NCBI GenBank assembly: GCA_905178155.1
Contig: CAJINV010000005.1
Span: 104,254 to 168,253, forward strand
Length of the DNA stretch: 64,000 nucleotides
Source: Amoebophrya sp. A120
Lineage: Eukaryota; Protista; Dinoflagellata
Reading direction: 5' to 3'
The notes under the pieces are model-generated. The model worked only from the letters and a program-made list of their open reading frames with translations. It made no database searches and had not been told where the DNA came from. Of this stretch, positions 36,828 through 50,300 are shown piece by piece (position 1 is the first letter of the stretch; each line of letters starts with the position of its first letter). Both the position numbers and the translations under genes were made by a program.

Positions 36828-39212
36828 TTAGTAGTGGTCCCCTCGATGTGAGAGCGATTTCCGAACTGGTCGGGATTTAGTGTGGTCACCTTGGAATCTT
36901 GGCGTCGCGGTTACCTCCCCACCGGCGTAGTCCCACGAGTTCCGCCGCTTTGCCCACTGGCTCTTCCGCGTTTCGTAGACTATGTTCGTGTTTGCCGGGT
37001 GCTCCTTCGACGAAACGTTGGATCTCTCCCCACCGGCGCCCTGGCCCCCCGCGCCGAGCGACACGTCCTCCAACGGGGAGCAGTACTTCCCACTGTGCTC
37101 GGGACCACGAGACGAGGCCGCAGTGCTGATTACACTCTGGGAAAGGTCCGCGGGGTCGTGGTGGGTACCGTAAGGATGATGTAGTTGCCGAGGACCGTCT
37201 CGGCTGTAGGCGGGGTCGTTCATCTCGTGGTCGTCGTGTATTAGATCTGCATTAGGCAAGGGATAGTTCGGCTGCTGTGGCTGGTGATTGCCGTCGCTGT
37301 TGTAGTACCCCTGCGCTTGGTCGTTACTGTACCAGCCCTGGTTCATGATCAAGCGGTCCTCAACTTGCAGCTCTGCTCCGTCTTCGTAGTAGCACTCTTC
37401 CTGGTAGTGACCACTGTAAGGATTGTTGTAGTGCAAGTTATCAGGCTGATGCTGGTCAACAGGCCGCTGTCCTCCTGCCTCGCCTTCCTGTCCAGTGAGC
37501 GGCATCCCCCTCCCATAGCCCGGTTGAGCTGGCGGCGTGGAGGACGTGGAGATTCTCGCCGATGCGTTCCATAGTACCTCGTCGGCTGCAACTCCGGCAG
37601 CTTGTTGCTGCTCCGCTGGTACAACCAGTGGTCCTGCACCATCTGGAGGAGCTCCAGTGCAGCGTGTTCCCTCCGTAGGCGCATTGCTCCCCCCCGTCCC
37701 GAAACTCGCACTGATTCGACCTGGAAGCAACGTCGCTTTTTCCCACCCCCGCTTCACCAAGCACGCGGCCTTCGCGCCGGTGCTGGCGATGGAGCTGGAG
37801 AACAGGCCGAGCGTTGTGAAATTGTTTTCGTCCCCACCTGTGGTCGCCGATCCCGCGCCGCCGAGCGCGGCGCTGCTCTCTTCCACCATTAGCGGGGAGC
37901 ACGCGCGGACCTGAAACGGCGTCGGCACGATGGGCCGTCTGCGCTCGTATTGCTCGGACGCCAAGCGGATCGCCTGCACCCAATCCAAGCCTTCGTCCAC
38001 CTGCACGTCCTCGTCGCACAGTGGCCGTGCTGTCGGATCCTCCGTGACCGCGCTGCTTCTCGCTGCGGCCACGCTGCGAGATGAAGCTGGCGCCTGCAAT
38101 GTGATCCCGTCATTGCCTGTTGTAGATTTTTCGCCTATTTCTTGTTCTTCGTCCTTGATACCGTTATTGTCGTAGAACCGGTCGTCCAGCGGCGTGACGC
38201 GGATACACCGGCCGCCGCGGGTACGGATCACCAACTCCGGGACGCCAGCTTCTGTTTTGGTTTCTTCCTCTGCTGCTACTAGCGTGCCGCTTCTCGCCGT
38301 TGTGCTGTCCGCAGTCCTGGACGAAAACGTCAACACCCTCCCGGCTTGCTGCAAGCAGTCCCAGGGCCGCCGGCTCGCCGTGCGCGCGGTGGAACTCGAC
38401 GAGGAATGGGCATCTGTTGCTGAGGCTGCTTGAAGATTCCCACTTCGGAGGTCTTCATCTTCCGTTTCTTCTTTACTCACGGAAACATCATCGTGTTCTG
38501 CAGAAAACGCATGCTTCCCTTCACTTTTCCCAGAAAGAGCGGCTCTATTGCCTTGCACCCTTTCGAGCGGCACCGGTAAGGAGGCACGGCGGTGCGCAGC
38601 TTGGCTTGTTCCGGCCTCGAGCTGCTTCTGCCTTGACGCGGCGTACGGGTCGGGCGAGAAGCAAGTTTTTGTTGTCGCGGGAGAGAGCTCGAGCTGCGGA
38701 GAATGACGCAGCGCTGGACTAGTAGCACCGAGCATTTGACGGCCTATGGGCACGGACAAAAGTTGTGCGGTTTTTGGCTTCGGTGGCGATAAACGCAATA
38801 CTCCTTCTAAAGGAGGTTCTACTTCTTCTTGCACTGCATTCCCTTCTCGCTGAGACGGATGTGCTCGAGGGTTTTTCGCTTGTGGTCCAACTCCGACCTC
38901 CAACATGATGGTATCGTCCTGCCCTGTTACACGCCCCGCCCCACCACTGCTGCTACACCTGTTCGGTGGCAAGACGTAGTACACATCCGCGATCTCCTGA
39001 ATTGGCCAGGTCTCCGTCGGACTCTGCGTAATCAGGTTGTGGGGGCTCTCGAAGCTGCACAGCGTCCCGTCCAGGCACAGCACAAACCACCGCTTGCGCC
39101 AAACGCCGAGAAACCGACTCCGCTTGTAAACCCACCCTTCCTTGAGAACGCCACGGTCCTGCCTCGCGCCGTGTTGCTGGGCGGGGGACAGAAAGTGCAC
39201 CACGGCGGTCAT
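36828..39212 (-). CDS. Pleckstrin-homology (PH) domain protein with a long low-complexity insertion
   Basis: VLKEGWVYKRSRFLGVWRKRWFVLCLDGTLCSF near the N-terminus; PH C-terminal-helix-like EGLDWVQAIRLA about 350 aa later. The 39405-39959 ORF may be an upstream exon. Confidence 0.78.
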   Translation of the reverse strand: MTAVVHFLSPAQQHGARQDRGVLKEGWVYKRSRFLGVWRKRWFVLCLDGTLCSFESPHNLITQSPTETWPIQEIADVYYVLPPNRCSSSGGAGRVTGQDDTIMLEVGVGPQAKNPRAHPSQREGNAVQEEVEPPLEGVLRLSPPKPKTAQLLSVPIGRQMLGATSPALRHSPQLELSPATTKTCFSPDPYAASRQKQLEAGTSQAAHRRASLPVPLERVQGNRAALSGKSEGKHAFSAEHDDVSVSKEETEDEDLRSGNLQAASATDAHSSSSSTARTASRRPWDCLQQAGRVLTFSSRTADSTTARSGTLVAAEEETKTEAGVPELVIRTRGGRCIRVTPLDDRFYDNNGIKDEEQEIGEKSTTGNDGITLQAPASSRSVAAARSSAVTEDPTARPLCDEDVQVDEGLDWVQAIRLASEQYERRRPIVPTPFQVRACSPLMVEESSAALGGAGSATTGGDENNFTTLGLFSSSIASTGAKAACLVKRGWEKATLLPGRISASFGTGGSNAPTEGTRCTGAPPDGAGPLVVPAEQQQAAGVAADEVLWNASARISTSSTPPAQPGYGRGMPLTGQEGEAGGQRPVDQHQPDNLHYNNPYSGHYQEECYYEDGAELQVEDRLIMNQGWYSNDQAQGYYNSDGNHQPQQPNYPLPNADLIHDDHEMNDPAYSRDGPRQLHHPYGTHHDPADLSQSVISTAASSRGPEHSGKYCSPLEDVSLGAGGQGAGGERSNVSSKEHPANTNIVYETRKSQWAKRRNSWDYAGGEVTATPRFQGDHTKSRPVRKSLSHRGDHY

Positions 39213-40557
39213 GTCCGGGTGCCGAAGCGTGATGTTGCACCACGCTGCGAGCAAAAACGCTAAATCTTCAATGCTCCTGTGGTAAAAAGAAATTTGCTCG
39301 AGTTGTAAGTTTGCAAATAAATAGTGTCAGTTCGGACTTTCCTTTTCAAAGAATCTCTTGTCAGCCATGCAAGCAGTCATTCAACTTCATTCCACAATGC
39401 AGTTTCAGAGTTTGTTACGGGAATACAAAACTTTCCAAACCAAGTCGAAAAAATACTCTTTCGTGAATCCCCGAAAACTAAGACGTGTCTCCTTGTTCTG
39501 GTGTTTCCTTTTCCAGGGCATGTAGGGATTCGAACTGTGTGTTGGCTGTTTCTGGTAGAGATCCAGCTGCCTTTCCGGTCCCCCCGTCCATATTGCCGCG
39601 ATGACGTCGCAAACATCCAACACGATCGCGGCAGAGAGCTGCGTGGGCGGGGTAGCTGCGCTACTTGAATCACCACCAACGCCTCCTGTCGATTCATCAC
39701 GGTGGTCTTCCTCACCGCCAGCCCTAGAGGATCTAGATGAAGACGACCCGCCGCCTCCACTACTCCCTACAATACCTCCGCTACGCCATCCGAGCTGCGA
39801 TTCAGAGACACGGAAAATTCCCTGGTGCAAGGCGCTTTGATGATCGCTGCCAAGTGCGGTGCCGTGCGGAACGCCAGCAGCTCTGGTGTCGCTACAACCC
39901 ACATGGTCGTCGAATCCGACGGCGCTGATGCCGCTAATCTGAAAATACTTGGAGGCCATCGTGCTATTTGGGAGGTCCTGGCCTGTAACGCTTTCGTCAT
40001 TTACTTCCGATGTACTATCTCATACTGGTTTACGTTCATTCTGTACTAGTACCATTATTTTTATTCCTACTTCCTGTAGTTTCAATTCATGCTTCACCGC
40101 TAGTACGTAGTGTACCTCTGCTGGACCTCTGCCTTGTCTAGCGCACGTTCTAGTTCCTTTTATCTTTCGCTTGTCTTTACTGAGAAAACAAAGCTACGCC
40201 AGTTTTGCTTTCGTCTCTTCCGCAAAATAATCGCACCGGCTTCTGGTGTGTGATGATGAAAAGAAAAAACGCTACGCAACGCTTAGTGAAACGACGTAAC
40301 TCACTCTCACGAAAATTTTCCTCGTCGGACATCGAACAACATGCGACAGTTTGTCCGCCTTTTGTTACGACTGTCAGCCTATGTATTACCATCAACTTCA
40401 GCCGGAAAGTTTTTATTTTCATGTTCCGTCTTTACTGCTTTTAGTTTTAGTTTTCAACAACGAACTCAATTCTGTCTCAATCTCCATATCCTCACAGAAT
40501 CAGTTTGTTCGCACAGTTTTAAAAGATTTGAGTTTTACTAGGTATCCGTTTGCTCCA

Positions 40558-40641
40558 GTTGAAAATTCCATGCATTGCAATATCTAAAGTTTCCGGTTGA
40601 AAATTCCGTTGGATAAAGTTTCTGCAATATCTAAAGTTTCC
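40558..40641. repeat. Imperfect intergenic tandem duplication (~48-bp period)
   Basis: GTTGAAAATTCC and TGCAATATCTAAAGTTTCC each occur twice. Confidence 0.7.
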
Positions 40642-41390
40642 ACGAAAGACCAGCAGCTGCAGCAGCGGCCTGTACAGTGCTGCTCTTGGCTGAGCTGCTA
40701 CTGCTCAACACTTTCTCGGTTATTGAAATATGTCTGTCTGTACAGTACCGTAAGTTGAAAACACGAAGAAATGAAAATAAGTGATTCCGGTGAATTGCAT
40801 GTCAAAATATCAAACGTTTCGGTTACCTGTGTGCAGAAGCTCCTCGAAAAGGCACTCAAGCTCTGCGCTATTGAATGGTGATATTGGATTTGCACCCTGG
40901 CATTTTTACCGCTAATTTTCACTGTTTCGAATTCGATATTGTACACTTGCATTACTTAGTACCGCATTTCTGTGCATTTCAATTTTGTTAAACCACATTT
41001 TTACAAGACTTTGAGACGATTGGACTCGATGAGCCTGAGCCTGACGGCAGATTGTACAATGTTAATTTTCATTTCTCAGGTTGCACTTCTCGTCATCGTT
41101 TTCCTGCATGCAATATCGCCGATAAAGCAGTTCGGAATCAACAGTCTAGCACCCGGAAGCTTTTGCCTGTCCCGTTTCGTCCGGATTTGGCATACGGCTT
41201 CCTGCCTCGGATTCTTCTGTTGATAACGACTACTTTCTGATACTTGGTACATGAAGATACGCTAGTAGATAAATTCGAAATAATGTCAACAAAATTTCTG
41301 CATCTGTAAGTTTCTGTCGAAGTCTATGTCACGTTGAAACCGCGATCTTATTCTTCCATCATCATGTCCATCTCCGTTGTCACTACGCTC

Positions 41391-44300
41391 CTATTTCTCC
41401 TCCCCTTGCAGACCTTGCAATTTTTTGTTCATCATATGCCTGGAGGCCCTTGCGAGAAGTTTCGAGGGTCCGGGCAGGCTGTTAAACGTGCCCGATATCC
41501 CCTTCACGCCCCCCGCCTCTCGCAGCTCTTGTAGCGAATGCGAATTCTCTGAATTCACAGCCGGGGAGTCCAGGACGTCCAGCGCGGGCGCCGACGGGGC
41601 AGTTGCTCTCTCCGGTTCCACCGCCGACTGGTTCTTCTTGCGTTTTTGCAACTCCGCCTTTTCCCGCTGCTTCTTTGTCCGCATCAAAAGGGAGGATTTT
41701 TCCTCGTAAAACAGCATGGTCTGCTGTTGCTGTTGCTCCGCCTCCGCGTTACTCCGCATGTCTGCGGTGGATCCCGGGGGACCGGGTGCTGCTCCCTGCT
41801 GTGCTTCGTTGCTCTGATCCTTTTGTAATTCCACCGGTTGTTCGGATTGCTCCGCCGGAGCGGCTCCACCTCCCGATGAACTACCTCCAGCTGGTGGTTC
41901 CTGCTCGGGACCCGATCTCCAATCCTCCGTAGCATTCGACTGGGTCGTCGGATCCCCGCCGATCCCGCTTGGCGGCGGCGGCCGGCGCGCCAGGTAGCGC
42001 GCTTCCGCCTGCTTGCCCTTGATGGCTTGAATCCTGCGGTAGTTCCCTTCGGGAGACAGCGGTGAGTACATGTGCCCGTGGAGCCCGGCCTGCGGTCGTG
42101 CGCGGGTGCCCAGCTGCCGGTGCGGCTGCAGGGTTTCAAACAGCCCCACGGGGTTGACCTGGTTCTGCGTCACCGTCGGACTTTGGTAATTGGTCCCTTG
42201 CAGCACCGCTTGTGCCACGGGGCTCTTGACCGCCGCCCCGATGGAGTCGCTGAGGCCACTGACGAGGTTCCCAAACTGGTCCGTGTCGCGTGGGGGATCG
42301 AGCTGACTGATTACCTTGTTTTCGTACTGGTGGGTGTCGCGTGGACTGTTGGCCCGGTTTCTTGCGGCGTTCGCGCGGTCCAATAGCTTTCCGACATGGT
42401 GTGCACCCAAGCCGCCGGGACCGCCAGCCAGGCGCTGGCGCACGTAAAACTCTTCTTCTGTGTCGCGCGGGGGATCGACTTGGCTCAGCACTTTGTCGTA
42501 CTGGTGGGTGTCTCGCGGGCTGTTAGCTCGGTGTCTCGCGGCGTCTGCGCGGTCCAACAAGTTTCCCACGTGATGCGCGTGCAAACCACCGGGACCGCCC
42601 GCCAGGCGTTGGCGCTCAGCATAAAGCTCTTCTGCTTCTCTCTCCGCCTGCAAGGTATCCCGTGGACTGTTAGCTCGGTGTCTTGCGGCGTCTGCGCGGT
42701 CCAACAGATTTCCGACGTGGTGCGCGTGCAAACCACCAGGACCGTGGCCCATGCGCTGCGCAACTACCTCGCTGCTCAGGCGACCACCGCTATGTCGTAT
42801 CAGTCCGGACCCCACTCCCCGGTCCACCATATTCTCGCCCATGCCGGAAGCCCCGACTGCGCGGTCGATGATGTTGTCAAAGGCTAGCCCAGAACCCACA
42901 CCGCGATCTTCTGTTAATGCCGCCCGATTCGCCATCTGACTGCGCGGATCTGAAAATGTCGTTCCCCTCGCCAGTTGTGCTGCGTCAGCTTCACTCCCCT
43001 CCTGCAGGTGCGGGTCCACTGCGGGAACACCACCACCACCGGAGGACGAGTCATTCTTGTTGTGCACCATGTCGTCCACGTTCTGTGAGTGCAACAAGTA
43101 TTCCTGGTCGCCGTGCTTTCCGATAAGAACGCCCTGCGCGACGTCCACGATGTTTTTGACCATCGCGTCCTCCTGCGCTGTCATGCTGGAGGAAGGAACA
43201 CTTGACCTTTTCACCAGCCGGTTACCGTCCGCATCGAATTCGGCGTTCATCGCCGCCGGATCCGCCTCGGTATCGGCGATTTTCATGTCCCCGGCGGTCG
43301 CGAGGTTCATGCGCACGTACCTTTCCGGGTCCGTGGGGGATTTCGCGTACCCCATCACCATTTTTTCCATTTCGTCCTCCAGGTTTTTGTGCATCTGCGC
43401 CAACTGCTCGGAAAACGGCGGCGAGGGTTTGGGGGAAACAGAGTGTTCCATATCCGGGATGATGATCTGGCCCCGCATGATCCGAGAATCCACGATTTTT
43501 TTCACGCCGAACGGGGATTCGCCCCTTCGCGGGGAGAGGACGAGCATGCGGTCTTTAAAGTCTCTGCGCTCCACGCCGTGCCTCCGCAGGGACGCAACCA
43601 TCTCGGGCGACAGCCGTCGGGGGGAAAGATCGCCGCTGCCGTCGTAATCGGCGACCAAACCTTTCTTCCGCAGGTACTCATCAATCTCCTCCCCGGATTG
43701 CACTTTGCTGTACCGCTCGGTCCCGGTATCGTTCGGCCCGGTGCCGACGGGCGACACGATCTTGTCCCGAGCTTTCGACATGGCTTGTCCGGCTTTCCAG
43801 TGCAGGTCACGGGCGTTGGACACCTCCTTCAGCTTTATTCGTGGCAGTGCGTGAGGCCAGACCGTCATCGGGTCGCGCTGCGGCGAGCCCGGTGGGCTTT
43901 TCAGGATCCGATCGATCTCCATTTCTGCTTCTGCGAGGGACGGTGACGTCTGCAGCATCAAGTTCGTGGGTGCAGAAATGCCCTGCGGAAACCCGGCGTC
44001 CCGCACCGGCCCCTTGGGTCGCGGCCGGTCGCCGCCGGAATCCTGCAACAAAGCCTCGGCCCCGAGGAGGCCGCCACTAACCTGGTTGGCCCGCGCCCAC
44101 ATGTCGGCGTCCATGTTTTCCGGAATCAAGTGCGGACGCGGGCGGAAAGCGCCCGTACCCGCAAGCCGCCCAGCTTCGTCGGGTCCCTGGCCCGCGCGGT
44201 CTTTCCGCACCCTCGGTGGCGGCGGCGCCGACACGTACTGTTGCTTGCGCAGCTGGTTTCGCAAGGCCGCTAAGTAGCCCGGGTGCGAACCCTTGTGCAC

Positions 44301-47300
44301 GGCGTCCGCATCTAACGTTCTAGCGTACCGCTCCAACTCGAACAACGCATCGGCGGGGACCAGCGGCGTTCCCTTTTCCGGCGGCGCAAACAGCCGCTGC
44401 GCGTCGGCGTACGCCCGCAGCGTATCCAAGTACGCGTCGGCATAAGGATCCAAGCTGTCAAAGAGCAAGTACTGCAGTGGCGGAAGCGGCAAGCCCTCGT
44501 CGCGTTCCACGATACCGACGACCTGCTCGATGGTCGTCAGCAAGTCGTCTCGCACGTTGGGATTGTGTGCGGCGGTGCTGCGGCGCGGCGGGATGTCATC
44601 TTGACTTGCTGGTTGGCCCGCGACCGAGCCGGGAAGGTGGTCCAGGGCCTCGTGCTCGCTCCCGGGTACTGCACCAGACCCGCGCTGGCTGCCCGAGCGA
44701 GCCGAATCCCGCTGACTACCGAGCGCAGAGCCGCGGCTTGGAATAGCTCGACGGGAACTATCTCGGGCAAAGTCGGCATCATCGGCAAGGCCGCTGGGAT
44801 CTCTCCTGCTCGACTGCCGCAAGCTCTCCTGCCTCCCACTGTCGCCCCGGTTGAGACCATCTTGCAGTTGGCTTTGCGGTCGCTCACTATCCCGGACACT
44901 AGGTTCTCTCGCAGTGCTCCCAAACTGGTTCAACCCCGCGTCGAGTTGGCTCCCAGCCGCGTTGCTTGGCTCCCGGCCGCTCGGGTCTCGCGCGGTGCTC
45001 CCGAATTCGTTGAAACCGTCGCCGAGCTGGCTCCCGGCAGCATTGCTTGGCTGCCGGCCACTAGGGTCTCTAGCTGTACTTCCGAACTGGTTGAAGCCCT
45101 CGAGTTGGCTGCCGAACGCGTTACTTGGCTCCCGGCCGCTGGGCGTCCGCGCGCTGGGGTCCCGAGAAACGTCATCAAGGCCCCCTTGCCCACTCGGATC
45201 TCTTCTACTCGAACCGCGCACACTGGCTTCTCGATTGCTCGGGCCGAGCCCACCTTCGTCTTCGAGAAGGTCGCCGCCACTCATCGCACGTCCGCTGGGC
45301 TCTCGGCCACTAGGATCGCGGTTGCTAGGCTCTCGTCCACTAGGGTCGCGGTTACTGGGCTCTCTGCCGCTCGGGTCGCGGTTGCTGGGCTCTCTGCCAC
45401 TAGGGTCGCGATTGCTGGGCTCTCTGCCACTAGGGTCGCGATTGCTGGGCTCTCTGCCACTAGGGTCGCGATTGCTGGGCTCTCTGCCACTAGGGTCTCG
45501 GTTGCTGGGCTCTCTGCCGCTCGGAGCACGTTCGAAACCAGAGTTGAAGGGATCGCTTTCGGGGTCACCGCCGCTCATCCCGCGTCCGCTGGGCTCACGG
45601 CCACTCGGGTCGCGGTTACTAGGCTCTCGGTTGCTTGGATCGCGAATTTCGCCTCCATCGCTTGGCTCGCGCGCGCTTCCGAACCCTCCCTGTCCACTAC
45701 TTGGATCTCTAGTACCGCTTGGATCACGACCGCTCGGTTCCCGGTTGCTCGGATCCCGCGAAGCTTCCTCGCCGTTTCCAAAATCGTCGTCGCCAAATCC
45801 GCCTTCTTGGCCACTCGGATCTCGGCCGCTGGGATCGCGCCCGCTTGGTTCCCGGTTGCTAGGATCCCGTTCCATCTCCCCACCATCGTCGTCTGCAAAG
45901 CCCTGTCCACTTGGGTCGCGACCGCTCGGCTCCCGGTTGCTTGGATCTCGTGGCATTTCCCCGTCGTCTTCCTCCGCAAAGCCCTGTCCTCCGCTGGGCT
46001 CCCGGTTACTCGGTTCCCGGTTACTCGGCTCCCGGTTGCTCGGCTCCCGGTTGCTCGGATCCCGGTTGCTCGGCTCCCGGTTGCTCGGATCCCGGTTGCT
46101 CGGCTCCCGGTTGCTCGGCTCTCGTTCGTCGGGGTCCACCCTGCTGGGGCTGCGGTTGCTCGGTTCTCTCTCGCTCGGGTCCCTCGCCAGCGCCTCGTCG
46201 TGTTGACCACTTGGATCTCGTTCTACTGCGGCCGCCACTGCACCACCAGCACCCGCTCCTCCTTTGCCCATCCCTTTTCCTTTTCCAAAACCGGTCGCTG
46301 CGCCCGGTTGCGGTGCGATGTATTTCGTTGTGATGAACGACCCCTCCCGCGGCACCATCATTTGCAACCCGCCCATTTTGTTCATCGCCCCAACCTTGTT
46401 CAAAGCCGCAGCCACGTCCTCTTCAAATGGCTGATTTATGGGTGAAGGTCCGCGTCGCTTCCCGAAGGAATCTTTGTACCCCAGGTAGTACTCGGACAGG
46501 TCCCGCAAAACGTCGTTGCGGTACGCGAGCAAGTCCCGATCGGCGTTGCTGAAGTAGTTCGGCCCCGGACTTCTGTCGGAGGACCGCAAGAATGATCCGG
46601 TCTCGCCGCCATCGTCGTCCTCGTTGCTCTCCGGGTAGAACATGAAATTTCGCTGGGTAGTTTCACGCTGCTTCTCCAGCACCAACCGGTCCTTCAGATA
46701 CTCCGCGCTTGCTGTCTCCGGCGAGTGGCCATAGGTCCGGTTCAGGCGGTGGTTCTCGATGATCTCCTTGTACTCTGCCGCGTCCACCACGTTGTCATAA
46801 CCCCCGCTGCCCAAGTACCCCTCCCGCGCGAGCTGGTACCGTTCGCGCGCCAGAACGTCCTCAAAGTAGTCCTCCGGCAGGCCGCCCCCCGCGGCGTTGC
46901 GCACCCGCGGCGGCAGGCCGGATCGGATCGCGCGCGGCTTCGTCATCATCTGCCGCATCGCGCGCGGAGACATGGACCGCTTGAACCGCCCTTGGTGAGC
47001 GGACTGCTGTCCTCGCCGGCTACCGGAGCGAGGCCCGGCGTCCGCGATGCGATCGTACGTGGTCCCCACCTGCTGTGCGAGTTTGTCTGACGCGCGCGGC
47101 GTGACGGGTCTTCCCATCCGGTAAATTTCGTCCTGCATGTCCTGGCTGCGCAACGCTTTGACCATGCCTTTGCTCCCCGTCGCCATCTGGCGTTCCTCCG
47201 CGAAACTTGTGATGGAGGACAACAAGACGTCGCCCGTCGTGTTGGGCATACTCTCCATGATGCGGTACGCCATGCCCTTTACCTCCATTTCCGCCCGCTC

Positions 47301-50300
47301 GGCGCCGAGGTCCCGCGCCATGTTGGCCACAACGGTCGTTCCTGACGGTGCGCCCATGGCTCGCAGCTCGACCGCGTGTTTCTCCGCGACGCGCACGTGC
47401 GCGTCGCCGCCGCCGGCGTTCCGGTCCAGCTCCTTGGCGTACTCGATAAACGCCTTGTACAGCGCTTGTCCGTCCACGTCGGGGCGCTGCGCGGCGAGCC
47501 GCGCGGCGAGAACCTTCAACCGCTGCCAAACCGCACCCTCGTCCGGGCCGCCACGGTCTGGAACGGGGGGTGGAATCTCCGGTGAGGTCGCCCGCGCCGC
47601 CGACTGCGTGGTCGCGCGATGATCCACGCCTTGTTGCGCAGTCGATCGCTCCTGTCCTGGTTGAGCGGTCGCCCGCGCCATCGTCGATCGCGGAGGAGAT
47701 GGTGTGGGCTGCCGCGGCTCCATGGGTGTGTTTGCCTGCAGGGCCTGAATGGAGGGGATTACACTGGCGGCCATCGCGACAATCTCGCCCTGGTGATCTT
47801 CCACCGCCGTTGGATACGGTTCGCCCATTTGCCCCGCGTACTCGCGCAAGGCCTGCGTCAGCTGCGTGCCAGTCAGGTTCGGGTGCGCCTCGAGGATTTT
47901 CGGGACGACGCGCGTCTTCATCTCGTTCCAGCCTTCCGTGGGGGTTGCCTTCGTCTCCAGCTGCGACAACCGCTGCGTCACCTGCTCGCGCAACGAGTCC
48001 CGCCCTTTCTCCGCCATCGCCCGCAACTCGTGCACGTGCTGCTGCACTGCGGTGGCGAACCCGAGCCCGCCAGGCTGCTCGGCGTCGAGCTGCGCAGCGT
48101 ACTTTGCCATAGTTTGCAGTAGCAATTCGGGTCCGATGTCCGGGTGGTCCTGCACCAGCCGGGCGGACATGTCGCGCAGCCGCGCCCACTGGTAGCCCGG
48201 GAGCTTCGTTGGCCCGTGAATCGCGAGCGCATTCGCAAAGCCCGGGTCCACGTCGGGAGTGCGTGCTTTCATGCGGTGCTCCAGGTCAGCGACGTATTCC
48301 AGGACCGAAGCCGCGACTCGGAAGTCCTCTAGGTCGGTCTCCTTCAGCTTACGCGCAACCTCGTTGAGGTGGTCCCACTGGGCGGTGTATGAAAATCAAA
48401 AACTTTCTTGTCAGTGGAACGATACTAGGTATCTACGTACCATACTTCTAAATTTTCCAGATGCCATTTAGTCCTAAACTTCGAGTTTCAATTTGATCCA
48501 TCATCTACATGGTTGGCTTCTAGTTCCAGCTATCATCTGTTCTGCCTCACAAAAACCTTTTATTGCGCGAAACAAAGGCAATCAACTGTGGCGCATTAGG
48601 AAATCGTCCGTCTAAATCGCATCCCGATGTCAAACTTCTTTTGATGCAGCAGATACTAAGCCCTAGTGCCACTGAAAAGAAGTTTTCACCTCGATAAGGT
48701 GAACGTTGGGTCCTCACCCTCCGCGTCGTACTCTCCTGTAGCTCCATCTGCCGAGGGAGCCGGAATCGGAGCGTCTGGATTCCACCATCGCCCATTGATA
48801 AACTGCCACTGCCCGCCCTGTTTATCCTCGATCACATCACCCTCTTCCGGGTGCAACAAGTTCCGGTCTCGCAGTTCCAGCACTGCCTGGCTCGGATTTC
48901 CGCGTGGGTGCATCGTCGACCCGCCCTTCGGGGTGATGTTGAATGTCGCGTCCGTCTTTCCGTCCCGCAGTTCTAGGACCGCCTGCCCCGGATTCCCACG
49001 CGGGTGCACCAGTGACCCTCCCTTCGGGGTCATATCAAATGTCGCGTCCGTCTTTCCGTCGCGCAGCGCTTGCACCGACGCATTCGGTCTGGCAGTAGCC
49101 CTTTCGACAGTGTCGCGCCTCTTATTGATCCAGCTCGGTAGCGTCACTGCGCCCGGGTCACGCCCGCTGTTCGGAGAACCTCCGCGCTGTCCAACTTTCT
49201 GCTCCATCAACGCCATGTAATCCTCGATACCGCCTCCGACCTGCCCGTCCAAGTCCACGCTCAGGGGCGGAAGGAAGTCCCCGCTTTGCGAGGACATCTC
49301 GGCCGACGCAAACGGGTTCGCCCCACGGTCGTTGAGCCCGATGCTCGCGGGCCGCGCGGGGGGGTGCGCCTGCCCCGCGTCGTCCAGCGCGGCCTGGTAG
49401 CTGGCGCCAATCGGACCGCCAGCCTGCATCGCATTTCGCGGTGAGGCTTCCGGCCGCGCAGCATCCCGCGCTTCCTGCAAATACCGATTCATCATATCAT
49501 GATGCTTGACCGCGGCATTTCCAACTGCCATGATGTCGGCTTGATTTTGAAGATTCTGCTCTCCGCCCAAATCGGTCCGAAACATCGGCGTTGGAGCCAG
49601 ACCCTGTGGCGCGTAGTTGCGCAGACCCGGTCGATCCGGGACGCTTAGCTGCCCCGAGGGACTAGTGCCTGGGACTAAACTGGTCGTTCCGCCGACGGCG
49701 TTTGGGTCTGCTTCCAGCATTTCGGCCTTTTCGCGCTGCTGCTTGACAATCTGGCGGTCCAAATCCATGACCAGTTTTTCCAGCTCCAAGCCCCGTTCCG
49801 CCAACAGGCTCACGTACCCGGCGTACCGGCCGGTCCGCTTCGCCCGTCCGTCCATCTGCTCGGCCGCGTCTTTCGTATCGGACAAGGCCTGCCGACCACC
49901 CACGCCAGACCGCAGTCGGTCGAACGCGAAGTTCCGCAACGTGTCCCACACCTTCCCGGGCTCGCCGTGCAACAACTCGCCCGAGTACCGGTTGGCCGCG
50001 AACTGGTGCAGGTCGCCGCTGTTCTGCCGCCGGTCGAGCTCCTTGGCGTAGTCCGCCAGCTGGTCGACTGTCACTTGCAGCTTCGTCCGGTCGCCGCCGA
50101 TGAGACCCTTCTTCACCAGGTCCTGCAGGAAGTTCTGCAGGCCCTTGAAGCCGCCGTTCAACTGCGCATTGTTCGCGTACAGGGCCATCAGTTCCGCCAA
50201 CCGCGCCTTCACCACCGCCTCGTACCCCATCGGCGCCTTCACGCGCTGCGCCTCCTGGTCCAGCTCGTTGGCGTACTGCACGATGGCCGGCGCCAGGTCG

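Noticed and set aside
40000-41390. AT-rich spacer as a possible ncRNA or element
   Set aside because: Only a short imperfect duplication is visible; no tRNA, rRNA, snRNA or TIR/TSD structure recognised.
45300-45520. Regular 30-bp repeats resembling a CRISPR array
   Set aside because: No unique spacers, the repeats are in-frame coding sequence, there are no cas genes, and the context is eukaryotic.
44565-46445. Long plus-strand ORFs (626 aa and 451 aa) with LGSR repeats
   Set aside because: Antisense shadows of the GC-rich R(D/E)PS(N/G) coding repeat, which lacks stops in several frames.
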